Assembly (NCBI GenBank): GCA_963754655.1
Contig: CAVWGN010000001.1
Coordinates: 576,001 to 640,000, forward strand
Length of the DNA: 64,000 nucleotides
From: an uncultured Chlamydiae bacterium
GTDB taxonomy: Bacteria; Chlamydiota; Chlamydiia; Chlamydiales; Parachlamydiaceae
Reading direction: 5' to 3'
Positions 55,516 to 64,000 of the stretch are shown here, piece by piece. Numbering within the stretch: position 1 is the stretch's first letter; the number at the start of each line of letters is the position of its first letter. The notes beneath the pieces are model-generated. The model was not told the origin of the DNA. It worked only from the letters and a program-made list of their open reading frames with translations, and did not search any database. The translations under genes were made by a program, and so were the position numbers.

Positions 55516-55782
55516 TTACTTCCTATCGCTTTCTGGCTTTTTTTGTTTCTGATAAGCATTTTGTTTATTGAAAAGGTCACATTGAGGGCAGCGATTGAGC
55601 TGCTTAACACTATCCTCCAAATAGGCAAAGTGACAATATTCACAAATAAAGAGAGCTTTCTCTGTTGTGAAAATTGATCGCCGTCGCATGCGATAGTGAG
55701 AATAAATCCAAATTCCTAAAACTGTTGCTAGAGTTAAACTCAAATAAAGAATAAAAAGGGTGTTGAATGTTAATTCAATCAT
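55516..55782 (-). CDS. Small membrane-anchored zinc-ribbon protein
   Basis: One TM helix then CEYC...CPQC. Confidence 0.75.
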   Translation of the reverse strand: MIELTFNTLFILYLSLTLATVLGIWIYSHYRMRRRSIFTTEKALFICEYCHFAYLEDSVKQLNRCPQCDLFNKQNAYQKQKKPESDRK

Positions 55783-55904
55783 GAATGTTATCAAATTTTT
55801 ATAGCTTCAACTTCTAAACGGTCAAGACCTAAGGTCTTTTGATTAAAAAGACTTTACATATAAAAAATAAGAGAGTGTTCAATTAATAGGAAGGAGTATT
55901 TCAC

Positions 55905-56048
55905 ATGTATTCCTTATTCATTCCAGCTTTTCTAACGGGATTAATTCTCTTATTTGACGTAAGAGAGCAACGACGGAAGCCGACCTATAAATACGTCGCT
56001 TTATTTTTACTAATGGCTGGAATCAATTTCTTATTTTCTTTCCTCTAA
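55905..56048 (+). CDS. 47-aa two-helix membrane peptide (below the ORF-track cutoff)
   Basis: GGAAGGAG RBS; MYSLFIPAFLTGLILLFDVREQRRKPTYKYVALFLLMAGINFLFSFL. Confidence 0.55.
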   Translation: MYSLFIPAFLTGLILLFDVREQRRKPTYKYVALFLLMAGINFLFSFL

Positions 56049-56120
56049 AGGACCTGCTGTTGCAGGCGCCCAATTTTAGATCTGTGATAAAATGAGAAAA
56101 CCGTTACATTAGTTTTTGCA

Positions 56121-56642
56121 TATTGGGATAGCTTTAAATCCCTATGCGTTAAGGTAAGCGATGGGTGTAGGCTTACGCGACGCATTCAGTCGCCCGCCGC
56201 TTCGCTCTGGGCTCTATGAGAGGGTTCATGACCCACCGTTCGGTCGCCCTCCGGGCTCGGTCACGGTGGGCTAGAATCAGTCGTCCTCCGGACTCTAGCA
56301 GCATTATCAAAACGCCTGGACTAGCATTCTAGTAGCATGATCAAAACGCCTTGACTAGCATTCTAGTAGCATGATCAAAACGCCTTGACTAGCATTCTAG
56401 CAGCATGATCAAAATGCCTGGACTAGCATTCTAGCAGCATGATCAAATACCTTATCTAACATTCAATGGCTTCTACATTTTTGCTAGAGTCCGGAGGACG
56501 ACTGTTTCTAGCCCACCCTGACCGAGCCCGGAGGGCGACCGAACGGTGGGTCGATATTCTTTTACCTAGAGCCCAGAGCGAAGCGGCGCGGCGACTGAAT
56601 GCGTCGCGTAGCCTAAGATCCTCTTTTAGTTTAATGCGTATG
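56121..56642. repeat. Family C palindrome with an expanded spacer
   Basis: 56121-56298 pairs imperfectly with 56484-56642; arms and spacer homologous to 30258-30867. Confidence 0.92.
56295..56447. repeat. Tandem repeat, 34-bp unit, about 4.5 copies
   Basis: CTAG(C/T)AGCAT(G/T)ATCAAAACGCCT(T/G)GACTAGCATT starting at 56295, 56329, 56363, 56397, partial at 56431. Confidence 0.92.
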
Positions 56643-57311
56643 CAGAGTAGCATCCCTAAGCAGCAAAAAAGTCCAAACTCCAGCCTCGTTCTGAAGGACG
56701 GGCTTTACGGCGCATGTGGTAAAGAATAAAATGACTAATATTGGTCAAACATCTAAAACCGGCATCTCTAATGGTCGTTTATGCAAAAATTTGAAGCGGT
56801 CTGCAAACTTTCACCCATCGGATTTAGGAGATTAACGGGTTTTCGAAAAACGACTTTCATAGAGAGGATCACTGTTATCAAAACGGTTGAAAATAAAAGG
56901 ACCTCCCGAAGAGGAAACTTCCACATCTTGCGATTGAAAATAGATGACTGATAACTCTGGAATATTTGAGAGAATGCAGAATCTATTTTCATTTGAGCTA
57001 AAGCTATGGACTTAGTGAAAGCTCTTGTTACAGAAATTGCAGATTGTGGCAAATGCTTTCTGTTATCTAATCAACACCTCTTTATTCGCAACTAAAGGTA
57101 TAGAATTTGAGTTGCAAAAAAATGACAAAATTTTTGTGTATAATGAAGTTGAGAGGGGAAAGATATTTAACGCCTTCATAAAATAAATCTTTTGCTAATT
57201 AACGTCCTATCCCATAATCAACAGAAAAGAACAAATCCAGCGTAATGAATTCGAAAGGAAGGGGATTTTTTTACCCTTCCTATGACATTCATAGCTGGAT
57301 GAAGCCATTCT

Positions 57312-58679
57312 TCAACTGTAAACTCTTGCTCCTGCTGATAGTTTAGGCAAGATTTCCAGATTAGAGCACCCCCGGTAGTCAAGCTCTCGTAAGTTTGGCA
57401 GCTCAGGTAGAGCTTGCAGATTAAAGCATTCGCTGCAGTCAAGCTTTTGCACATTTGGCAGCTCAGGCAGGCTTTGCAGAGTAGAGCATTCGCTGCAGTC
57501 AAGCACTTGTACATTTGGCAGCTCAGGCAGGCTTTGCAGATTAGAACCGTTGCAGTTAAGCTTTTGCACATTTGGCAGCTTAGGCAGGCTTTGCAGATCG
57601 CACCCCCTGCAGTCAAGCACTTGCACATTTGGCAGCTCAGGCAGGCTTTGCAGATTAGAGCCTCCGCTGCAGTCAAGCACTTGCACATTTGGCAGCTCAG
57701 GCAGGCTTTGTAGATCGCATCCGCCGCAGTCAAGCCTTTGCACATTTGGCAGCTTAGGCAGGCTTTGCAGATTAGAGCATTCGCTGCAGTGAAGCTCTTG
57801 CACATTTGGCAGCTCAGGCGGCAGGCTTTGCAGATTAGAGCAATAGCTGCAGTCAAGCACTTGCACCTTTGGCAGCTTAGGCAGGCTTTGCAGATTAGAG
57901 CATTCGCTGCAGTCAAGCACTTGCACCTTTGGCAGCTTAGGCAGGCTTTGCAGAGTAGAGCATCTCTTGCAGTCAAGCACTTGCACATTTGGCAGCTCAG
58001 GCAGGCTTTGCAGACTAGAACCGCTGCAATCAAGCTTTTGCACATTTGGCAGCTTAGGCAGGCTTTGCAGATCGCACCCCCTGCAGTCAAGCACTTGCAC
58101 ATTTGGCAGCTCAGGTAGGCTTTGCAGATTAGAGCATCCGCTGCAATCAAGTCTTATGAGACGGCTTATCTGAGGTGGCAAATTTCTTATTTTATACGAT
58201 TTAATCATTAATTGATTAAGATTTGGGCATTTTTTAAATAATTCTTCAATGTCGCTTTCCTCTAAATCCGGAAATTCTATTAGGTTGGCTCCTGTTAGAT
58301 CATGACTGATTGCATACTGGACAGCCTCTTTTGCAGTCTTGCATTGATATTTTTTAAGAGAAACAAGCTGCTCGCTAGCCCATTCTTTTTCCTCATTTTT
58401 TGCAATCTCACTCAATTGCTTGAAGGAAAAATGCATATTTTCCAATCCACTTCGCACTCCTCCCTTTTGGTAAGGAATGCCTAAATTGCGTGGAGGAATA
58501 TAGGAACAGATTTTCCGCCATAATTCTTCTGGCAATTGAGGCAGCTCGTTGCAGTTAGAGAACGCGCTCTCAGCGATATTTATCATCTTCCTCTCGTCTT
58601 TTTGAATCTCTTCTGGAATTGATGAAAAATTCTCCTGTCTAAATTGATCTTCTGAAATAGGAAATTGATTATTTATCAT
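57312..58679 (-). CDS. F-box-like plus short-type LRR protein, candidate effector
   Basis: LPQLPEELWRKICSYI; about 13 repeats of LQSLPELPNVQVLDCSECSN (19-21 aa); AAGGA RBS. Confidence 0.9.
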   Translation of the reverse strand: MINNQFPISEDQFRQENFSSIPEEIQKDERKMINIAESAFSNCNELPQLPEELWRKICSYIPPRNLGIPYQKGGVRSGLENMHFSFKQLSEIAKNEEKEWASEQLVSLKKYQCKTAKEAVQYAISHDLTGANLIEFPDLEESDIEELFKKCPNLNQLMIKSYKIRNLPPQISRLIRLDCSGCSNLQSLPELPNVQVLDCRGCDLQSLPKLPNVQKLDCSGSSLQSLPELPNVQVLDCKRCSTLQSLPKLPKVQVLDCSECSNLQSLPKLPKVQVLDCSYCSNLQSLPPELPNVQELHCSECSNLQSLPKLPNVQRLDCGGCDLQSLPELPNVQVLDCSGGSNLQSLPELPNVQVLDCRGCDLQSLPKLPNVQKLNCNGSNLQSLPELPNVQVLDCSECSTLQSLPELPNVQKLDCSECFNLQALPELPNLRELDYRGCSNLEILPKLSAGARVYS

Positions 58680-58813
58680 TTTTATTCCTTTAAATATTTA
58701 ATTTAAAACAATTATATTAATTAACATAAATAAATAAAATGTGATTATAATAAATAATTAATTAGCTGTAAATCATTATTCTTTTATTTATCTTATGGGG
58801 TGCGATTAAATCT

Positions 58814-59099
58814 GGGGGTTTATATTTTTAGCAGATCGATACGAAATGGTAGAGCGGCGGTAGCCGCTTTCAGTGGGAAGCCCCGTATGAAGCGAGCTTG
58901 CGAGCGGAATGCGGGGTGGGCATCAATAAAATATAAACCGCGGAAGCGGTGTGAGTGATCTTACGCTGCTTCCGCAGCTCATGCGATATTGCCTACACCC
59001 GCATTCCGCTCGCAAGCTCGCTTCATACGGGGCTTCCCACTGAAAGCGGCTACCGCCGCTCTACCATTTCGTATCGATCTGCTAAAAATATAAACTCCC
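58814..59099. repeat. Family B palindrome, ~103-bp arms
   Basis: 58814-58917 pairs with 58997-59099; near-identical to 26638-26905 including the spacer. Confidence 0.95.
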
Positions 59100-59230
59100 G
59101 TCATGGAGATAGCATCGCTAAGCAGCAAAAAAGTCCGACATAGAAGGAATCCCAATTCCATGATCTTTTTGGATGTCTAGAAGGATTTTTTGTTGTCATT
59201 CACTTTTTCAAGAAAAAAAACTATAGACCC

Positions 59231-59974
59231 TCATTCTCGGAGGGGGACATCTGTTTTATCATCTGGAGCTAAAACGACAAAATTTAAAGTCCCCTTCACA
59301 ATTTCTTTAGAGGCGGGAGAATCAAAGCGTAAATTCAAAAGAATCTTTTCCGTTAAATAGTCAATGGCTGGTTCTGCACTGGACTGAGTGCGCTCATACC
59401 AAAAAAGTTCTCCCGTTTTTTCATCCAACTGGGCGTGATAGGTGACATAGGCTGGAGAAGGTTGAAGCGAAATAGTTTGCATTTGATTTAAAAGAGGGTC
59501 GCTGGTGACTAAAGGAAGTTCAGCTAAATCTCCAGAAATCGTGAGTTGGATGCGCGGCTCTTCTAATTTAAGAGAAAGAGACTCTTGCCATTTAGGCCAC
59601 AAGCGTTCTTCTAAAGACTGTAGAGCATGTAAATCGAGGCTAAGAGAAGGGTTGAGGGTGGATTGTTGGGAAAAGGAGATCCAATCCAATATTGGAATAA
59701 GTGAGAGAGGCGGGAATAGCTCCTCTTCTTCAGCGTAAGAGGAAACGAGAGCCGCACTCCCCTGCGAAGGCTGATCCGATTGAACTTGAATGGGAGGAAA
59801 AGTAAAAGTGGAGGGTAAATAAAAGGGGGTCACATGAAAAAAAAGTAAAGCACTGATATGAAGAAAGAGGGCTATCGCCAGCGCTTTGAGGAGGCGAGCT
59901 TCGAAAAAGCGTTCCTGCTCTCGCATGCGAATCGTCATTCCTAATAAATTGGATTTTTTCTCTAGTTTGAGCAT
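59231..59974 (-). CDS. Hypothetical single-TM protein, possible TonB/TolA-like partner
   Basis: ALAIALFLHISALL (TonB-like TM with His); last gene of a TPR-ExbB-ExbD operon. Confidence 0.6.
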   Translation of the reverse strand: MLKLEKKSNLLGMTIRMREQERFFEARLLKALAIALFLHISALLFFHVTPFYLPSTFTFPPIQVQSDQPSQGSAALVSSYAEEEELFPPLSLIPILDWISFSQQSTLNPSLSLDLHALQSLEERLWPKWQESLSLKLEEPRIQLTISGDLAELPLVTSDPLLNQMQTISLQPSPAYVTYHAQLDEKTGELFWYERTQSSAEPAIDYLTEKILLNLRFDSPASKEIVKGTLNFVVLAPDDKTDVPLRE

Positions 59975-59975
59975 A

Positions 59976-60428
59976 TCAGATAGGCTCCTCCATCACTTCA
60001 TTTGGTTCTAGTGGCTGATAAACGAGCCTTAGGCTTGAACAACACTCTTGGGCAATTGCGAAGAGACGCAAAAAAAGTCCATAATTGACGCGGCGATCTA
60101 CGCTTAAAACAATTGTCGGTTCTTGTCCACTGTTTTGCCATTTTAAATGTTCGACCTCTTGCTTTAAGCTTTCCTTAAGAGATCTGAGGTCAACAATCAT
60201 CTTTTTAGATCCTAAATAGATGACGTGTTGCGCATCCATGACCAATAACAATTGAGTTGTCAAGGGGGCGGAGTCTTTTTCCAATTTGGGATTTTCGATA
60301 AGTAAGGATTTTAAAGGTAAAATATTAGAAGTGACGATAAAGAAGATCAACATCAAAAAAATGACATCCACTAAGGGGGTCAAATCAATCAAAGCCATAG
60401 AAGATTTAAGACGTGTCTTAAACTTCAT
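59976..60428 (-). CDS. ExbD/TolR family biopolymer transport protein
   Basis: IDLTPLVDVIFLMLIFFIVT; VDRRVNYG. Confidence 0.92.
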   Translation of the reverse strand: MKFKTRLKSSMALIDLTPLVDVIFLMLIFFIVTSNILPLKSLLIENPKLEKDSAPLTTQLLLVMDAQHVIYLGSKKMIVDLRSLKESLKQEVEHLKWQNSGQEPTIVLSVDRRVNYGLFLRLFAIAQECCSSLRLVYQPLEPNEVMEEPI

Positions 60429-60430
60429 GC

Positions 60431-61088
60431 CTATTCCTCGCCGCGTTCAAGCAATAAATCGACAATTTCAGCTGAAGAGGTTTGAATCTCTAGCACAAAT
60501 CCCTCTACGCGGCTGACAATGTAATTATAAGCCAAAACAGAGGGAATGGCAACGACCAGTCCCGCAGCTGTCGTGATCAAAGCATATTCCATTGCTTCAC
60601 CAATGCGTGTAGCGGAAATATCGACTAATCCGCTCAGACGCATCTCGGCAAATGCTTGAATAAAGCCCAATACAGTTCCCAATAGATCCAATAAGAGGAG
60701 CAATATGAGCAATGATAGATAAAATTTTGGCATTTTTCTCTAAACGAGCAATTTCGATGAGTCCTGCAATTTCCATGGCTGATTCAATTTGTTCTTTTCC
60801 CCGATTATGTTTCAGAATACCCGCTTTAATAATCGCCCCAATTGTTCCTCCTGTTTGCTCACAAAACTGAATGGCCTCTACGATATTGTTTTCTTTAATG
60901 TTTCTACGCATGGCAATAATGAATTGGTTGGTATTGATTTCAGAGCGATGCAATTGCATCAGACGTTCAATAAAGATGGTAAAACTGGCAACCGAGCATC
61001 CAATAATGACCAATAAAATGATGTTCCAACCAGAGCCGTAGTTAAAAAGGCTAGCGATAAGAGCTAAAGATGCAAACTTAATATCCAT
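60431..61088 (-). pseudogene. MotA/TolQ/ExbB family proton channel split by a +1 frameshift (pseudogene or sequence error)
   Basis: ORFs 60597-61088 and 60431-60733 join as APLIG|LLGTVLG if one base at 60686-60687 is removed; ALITTAAGLVVAIP present. Confidence 0.85.
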
Positions 61089-63825
61089 AAACTTCTTCCA
61101 ATTTTTCCTGTGCTTTTTGAGCCCACTCGCCTCCTTTACGTGCAGCAGACTCTAATTGTCTAATGGCCAGCTCAGGCCTTCCTTGTAATTCATAAATTTC
61201 TGCTCGTAAAAACATGGCTTTGATGCGCAAGGGCGAAATGACATCATCATTAATGACCCGTGATAGAAGCTGCATTGAGTCATCAAGTTGCTTGAGCGCT
61301 TGATGGCAAAGGCTTTGTTGAATCCAAAGATCTAGCTTTTCATTAGGGCTCAAGCTTAACCATTCACTTGCCTTTTCTGCTTCCAAAAAACACTGCAAAG
61401 CCACTTGAGCATTAGATTGCCTTTGAGCAAGCTTTCCTTTCTCATACCAAACGCGCATCAATCCATAACCCTGGTTGGCCTGAGCTTGGCGATAATGTTC
61501 TAAAGAATCATTCAAAATGGACTCAGCGGCTTGCCATTCATTTTTTTCTTCATAAGTCTTAGCCAGTTGAAATTCTGCCTCTGCCCAGATTTTGGGGTAG
61601 GGAGAACAGGGCTGAACGAGCATTTTTTTAGCAAGGGTTTGAGGAGTGATAAAATCATTGATCAATTGTTTAAAAACTCCTTCGGCATATTCCAAGTAAA
61701 TCTGCTTTTTCCCTCCCGTGGAAGTTTGTCCGATGGCTAGATTTGCTTGCGCCCTTTCGAGTTGGGCACGGTAGCGTATTCGAATAAAATAGGCAAGATC
61801 TGAAGGAGGAATCAACTTTTTTTCAAAAAGAGTATCAAATGTCGATTCTGCAAGTTGAAAGGCATCAATTGCAGTGGTCCAATCTTTACGACGCGTCAGC
61901 ACTCCTTCTTCAGAGAAATCCTCTTTTGTATAGTGTAATCCAATGACATAATGGGCCGTGATCAAAAGAGGGTGGTGAGGAAATAAAAGAGGCATTGCCT
62001 GCAAATGCTTAATCGCTTTGCGCTTGCCCTGCATATACTCGCGATAGGAATAGCAATGGAAATAGGCAATGGGTGAATAAGGACTTTGCGAATCTTGAAT
62101 ATAGGCCTGTTGAAGATATTCTTTTTTTAAAGAGAGTTGATGTTGCTGACCTGCGCAGTAAGCTCGCCAGAACCATGCTTCGCTATGTGATGTGCAATAA
62201 GCTTGTTCTTGAAGGAGTTGGGTAAAAATAAGATCGGCTTGTTGCCATTCTTCTAATTGAAGGCAAATTAAACCCTCTAATTTTAGGCATCTTTCCTTCC
62301 AAGAGGCTTTAGATGCTTTTATTTGTTGGTTTTGCTGTAGCAAATTTCTTGCTTTTTGCAAGATGTCCCTATCTTTTAAGTGCAGTGCAATCCAGGCAGA
62401 TAAACAATCAATTTCTTCTGGACACTCAAAAGTGGAAAGCAACGAGTCATTCGCCTTTAATTGAGTGAGAATATACCAAGCTTGTTGAACATGATGGGTT
62501 CCTGGTAAATGAGCGTAAGCACAGGCTAAATACTTGAGAGCAAGTGCCGTTTCTGTGGGAAAGATAGGGTTTGCAAATTGAATGGCTTGGTTAAAGGCTT
62601 GGATCGCTCTTTCAAATGGCTCAATCACACTTTTTAGCTCCTGTTGACACTTTAATCCTTCTTCAAAATCATTCAAACCCTTGAGAAAACAGACTTTGGC
62701 ATAAAAGCCTTGAGGATAGTCAGGATGAGTGGATAATTCTTCATAAAGTTGGCTGCGCTCTTGATAAGAAGGCGCTGCAGCAGCGCGTTTAAGAAGAGCT
62801 TGCCTTAAGCCGTCTGGGGAGGAAAACAGTGTGGACTGACGGAGAAGTTGCTGTGCCTGAATATAAGAGTGAGAATCACAAAGGCATTTAGCTTTAATGA
62901 GGTAAAAATCGCTTAATAAAAGATAAGAAGTTTCAGTAGGCGCTCGTTTTAATAGTTGTTGTAAAATGTGATGGGCTTTGAAAAAGTGGTCTTTTAATTG
63001 ATCTAAAGAGAGTTCTAAAGTCAAAGCTTGTTTCAGATAGCTAAGAATTAAACCATTTAATACATGAATTGACCAATTTGCTTGAGAGGCTAGGGCTTTG
63101 GGTAGTAATTTTTCAAAGCAACGTGCTGCTTGAGAGGCTTGATGATTGGCTAATAGAGCCCAGCCCGTTAAATAGATTTTTTCAATATTTAGAAGATGTT
63201 GTTGAGGAAGATGAGAAGATAAAAAATGGAGAACTTGAAGAGCTTGATCAAATTGATGCTTCATTAAGAAAATTTTAGCTATCTGCAATTGAGCTAAATC
63301 GTAAGGCAGGGAATCTGTGAGTTGCCAAGCAATCGATTCAAAGGCAAGTTGAGCACCGGTGAGATTTCCTATTTGAATACAATGATAACCTCGTTCTAAG
63401 GCAATCAAGCTTCTGTTATATTGAGAGTTGGGAAGAGAGCATTGTTGTAGTAAATCCAAAGCACGTGCGGATGCGCCGAGCTGACGGTAAGCAAGGCTCA
63501 TGAGAAACAAGCATTGATGATGGCAAAAAGGAGTTGCTAAAGGAGTCAGCATAGCTAAAGCAATTTGAGGTTGTCCTTCTTCTATGTGACAATTTGCAAG
63601 CCTCAGGATGAGCTGAGTTTTCAATTCCTCATCTGGGGAAAAGGTCAATAGTTGAGAATAAAGAGGAAGCGCATCGCCATACAGCTTTTCATGAAAAAGT
63701 TTCTCAGCGCGTGTGGCAATTGTGTCAAATTGAGAATTTGCTGAAAGCAAAAAGGAAGCAAGTAAGCTAAGCAACCAAATGCGAGCACTTCTTTTTAATT
63801 TGAGTAAAACGGAATAAGAGGTCAT
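61078..63825 (-). CDS. Large tetratricopeptide-repeat protein, probably exported
   Basis: 915-aa helical ORF with signal-like N-terminus and TPR-type segments (AWFWRAYC, AMFLRAEIYELQG). Confidence 0.8.
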   Translation of the reverse strand: MTSYSVLLKLKRSARIWLLSLLASFLLSANSQFDTIATRAEKLFHEKLYGDALPLYSQLLTFSPDEELKTQLILRLANCHIEEGQPQIALAMLTPLATPFCHHQCLFLMSLAYRQLGASARALDLLQQCSLPNSQYNRSLIALERGYHCIQIGNLTGAQLAFESIAWQLTDSLPYDLAQLQIAKIFLMKHQFDQALQVLHFLSSHLPQQHLLNIEKIYLTGWALLANHQASQAARCFEKLLPKALASQANWSIHVLNGLILSYLKQALTLELSLDQLKDHFFKAHHILQQLLKRAPTETSYLLLSDFYLIKAKCLCDSHSYIQAQQLLRQSTLFSSPDGLRQALLKRAAAAPSYQERSQLYEELSTHPDYPQGFYAKVCFLKGLNDFEEGLKCQQELKSVIEPFERAIQAFNQAIQFANPIFPTETALALKYLACAYAHLPGTHHVQQAWYILTQLKANDSLLSTFECPEEIDCLSAWIALHLKDRDILQKARNLLQQNQQIKASKASWKERCLKLEGLICLQLEEWQQADLIFTQLLQEQAYCTSHSEAWFWRAYCAGQQHQLSLKKEYLQQAYIQDSQSPYSPIAYFHCYSYREYMQGKRKAIKHLQAMPLLFPHHPLLITAHYVIGLHYTKEDFSEEGVLTRRKDWTTAIDAFQLAESTFDTLFEKKLIPPSDLAYFIRIRYRAQLERAQANLAIGQTSTGGKKQIYLEYAEGVFKQLINDFITPQTLAKKMLVQPCSPYPKIWAEAEFQLAKTYEEKNEWQAAESILNDSLEHYRQAQANQGYGLMRVWYEKGKLAQRQSNAQVALQCFLEAEKASEWLSLSPNEKLDLWIQQSLCHQALKQLDDSMQLLSRVINDDVISPLRIKAMFLRAEIYELQGRPELAIRQLESAARKGGEWAQKAQEKLEEVYGY

Positions 63826-64000
63826 GACGTGAATGGATTAAAGTTGCTCTATTTTATGAACTTTAAGTTTCATCAAAAAAAGCCCTCTTGTCAAGCGATT
63901 AAGCACTCAAGCCAAGGAGCCCTTAGAAAGCCGATTTGGAACGAACTAAAAAACCTAATGGAAATAAAAGGCTAATAATTTTTTCCTTTTGTCCTTTAGG

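Noticed and set aside
56295..56447. CRISPR-like 34-bp repeats
   Set aside because: Units are contiguous with no unique spacers, and there are no cas genes; it is a tandem repeat inside a palindrome spacer.
56768..57052. 94-aa ORF
   Set aside because: TTG start, no recognisable motif; may be a remnant but cannot be supported.
57218..58150. 310-aa Cys-rich ORF and several antisense ORFs
   Set aside because: Alternate-frame shadows of the LRR repeats; repetitive codons keep frames open.

Overview
AT-rich chromosomal segment of an environmental chlamydia, probably Parachlamydiales-like. This rests on chlamydial 16S signatures, a tRNA-less 16S-23S spacer, and chlamydia-type gene order (nrdR-dksA-lspA, SAM methyltransferase-spoU, lpxK-gltT, kdsD). 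The window holds core genes (dnaB, mnmA, icd, metal ABC transporter, nhaD, cfa, ferritin, riboflavin synthase), two tRNA-Ser genes and a complete 16S-23S-5S operon. Accessory genes include four repeat-domain effector candidates (LRR, TPR-like, F-box+DUF4116-like, F-box+LRR) and a papain-like protease candidate. Seven long palindromic REP/REPIN-like elements of three families are present; one is interrupted by an intact IS481-family element and one carries a nested perfect 77-bp-arm palindrome. The least explained signals are (1) an array of three sigma70/66-type promoters driving five related, structurally conserved hairpins upstream of the rRNA operon (46270-46660), (2) a shared 51-aa N-terminal module on two unrelated repeat proteins, and (3) palindromes whose two arms co-vary within each locus. 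All calls come from reading the sequence; no searches or folding programs were run.
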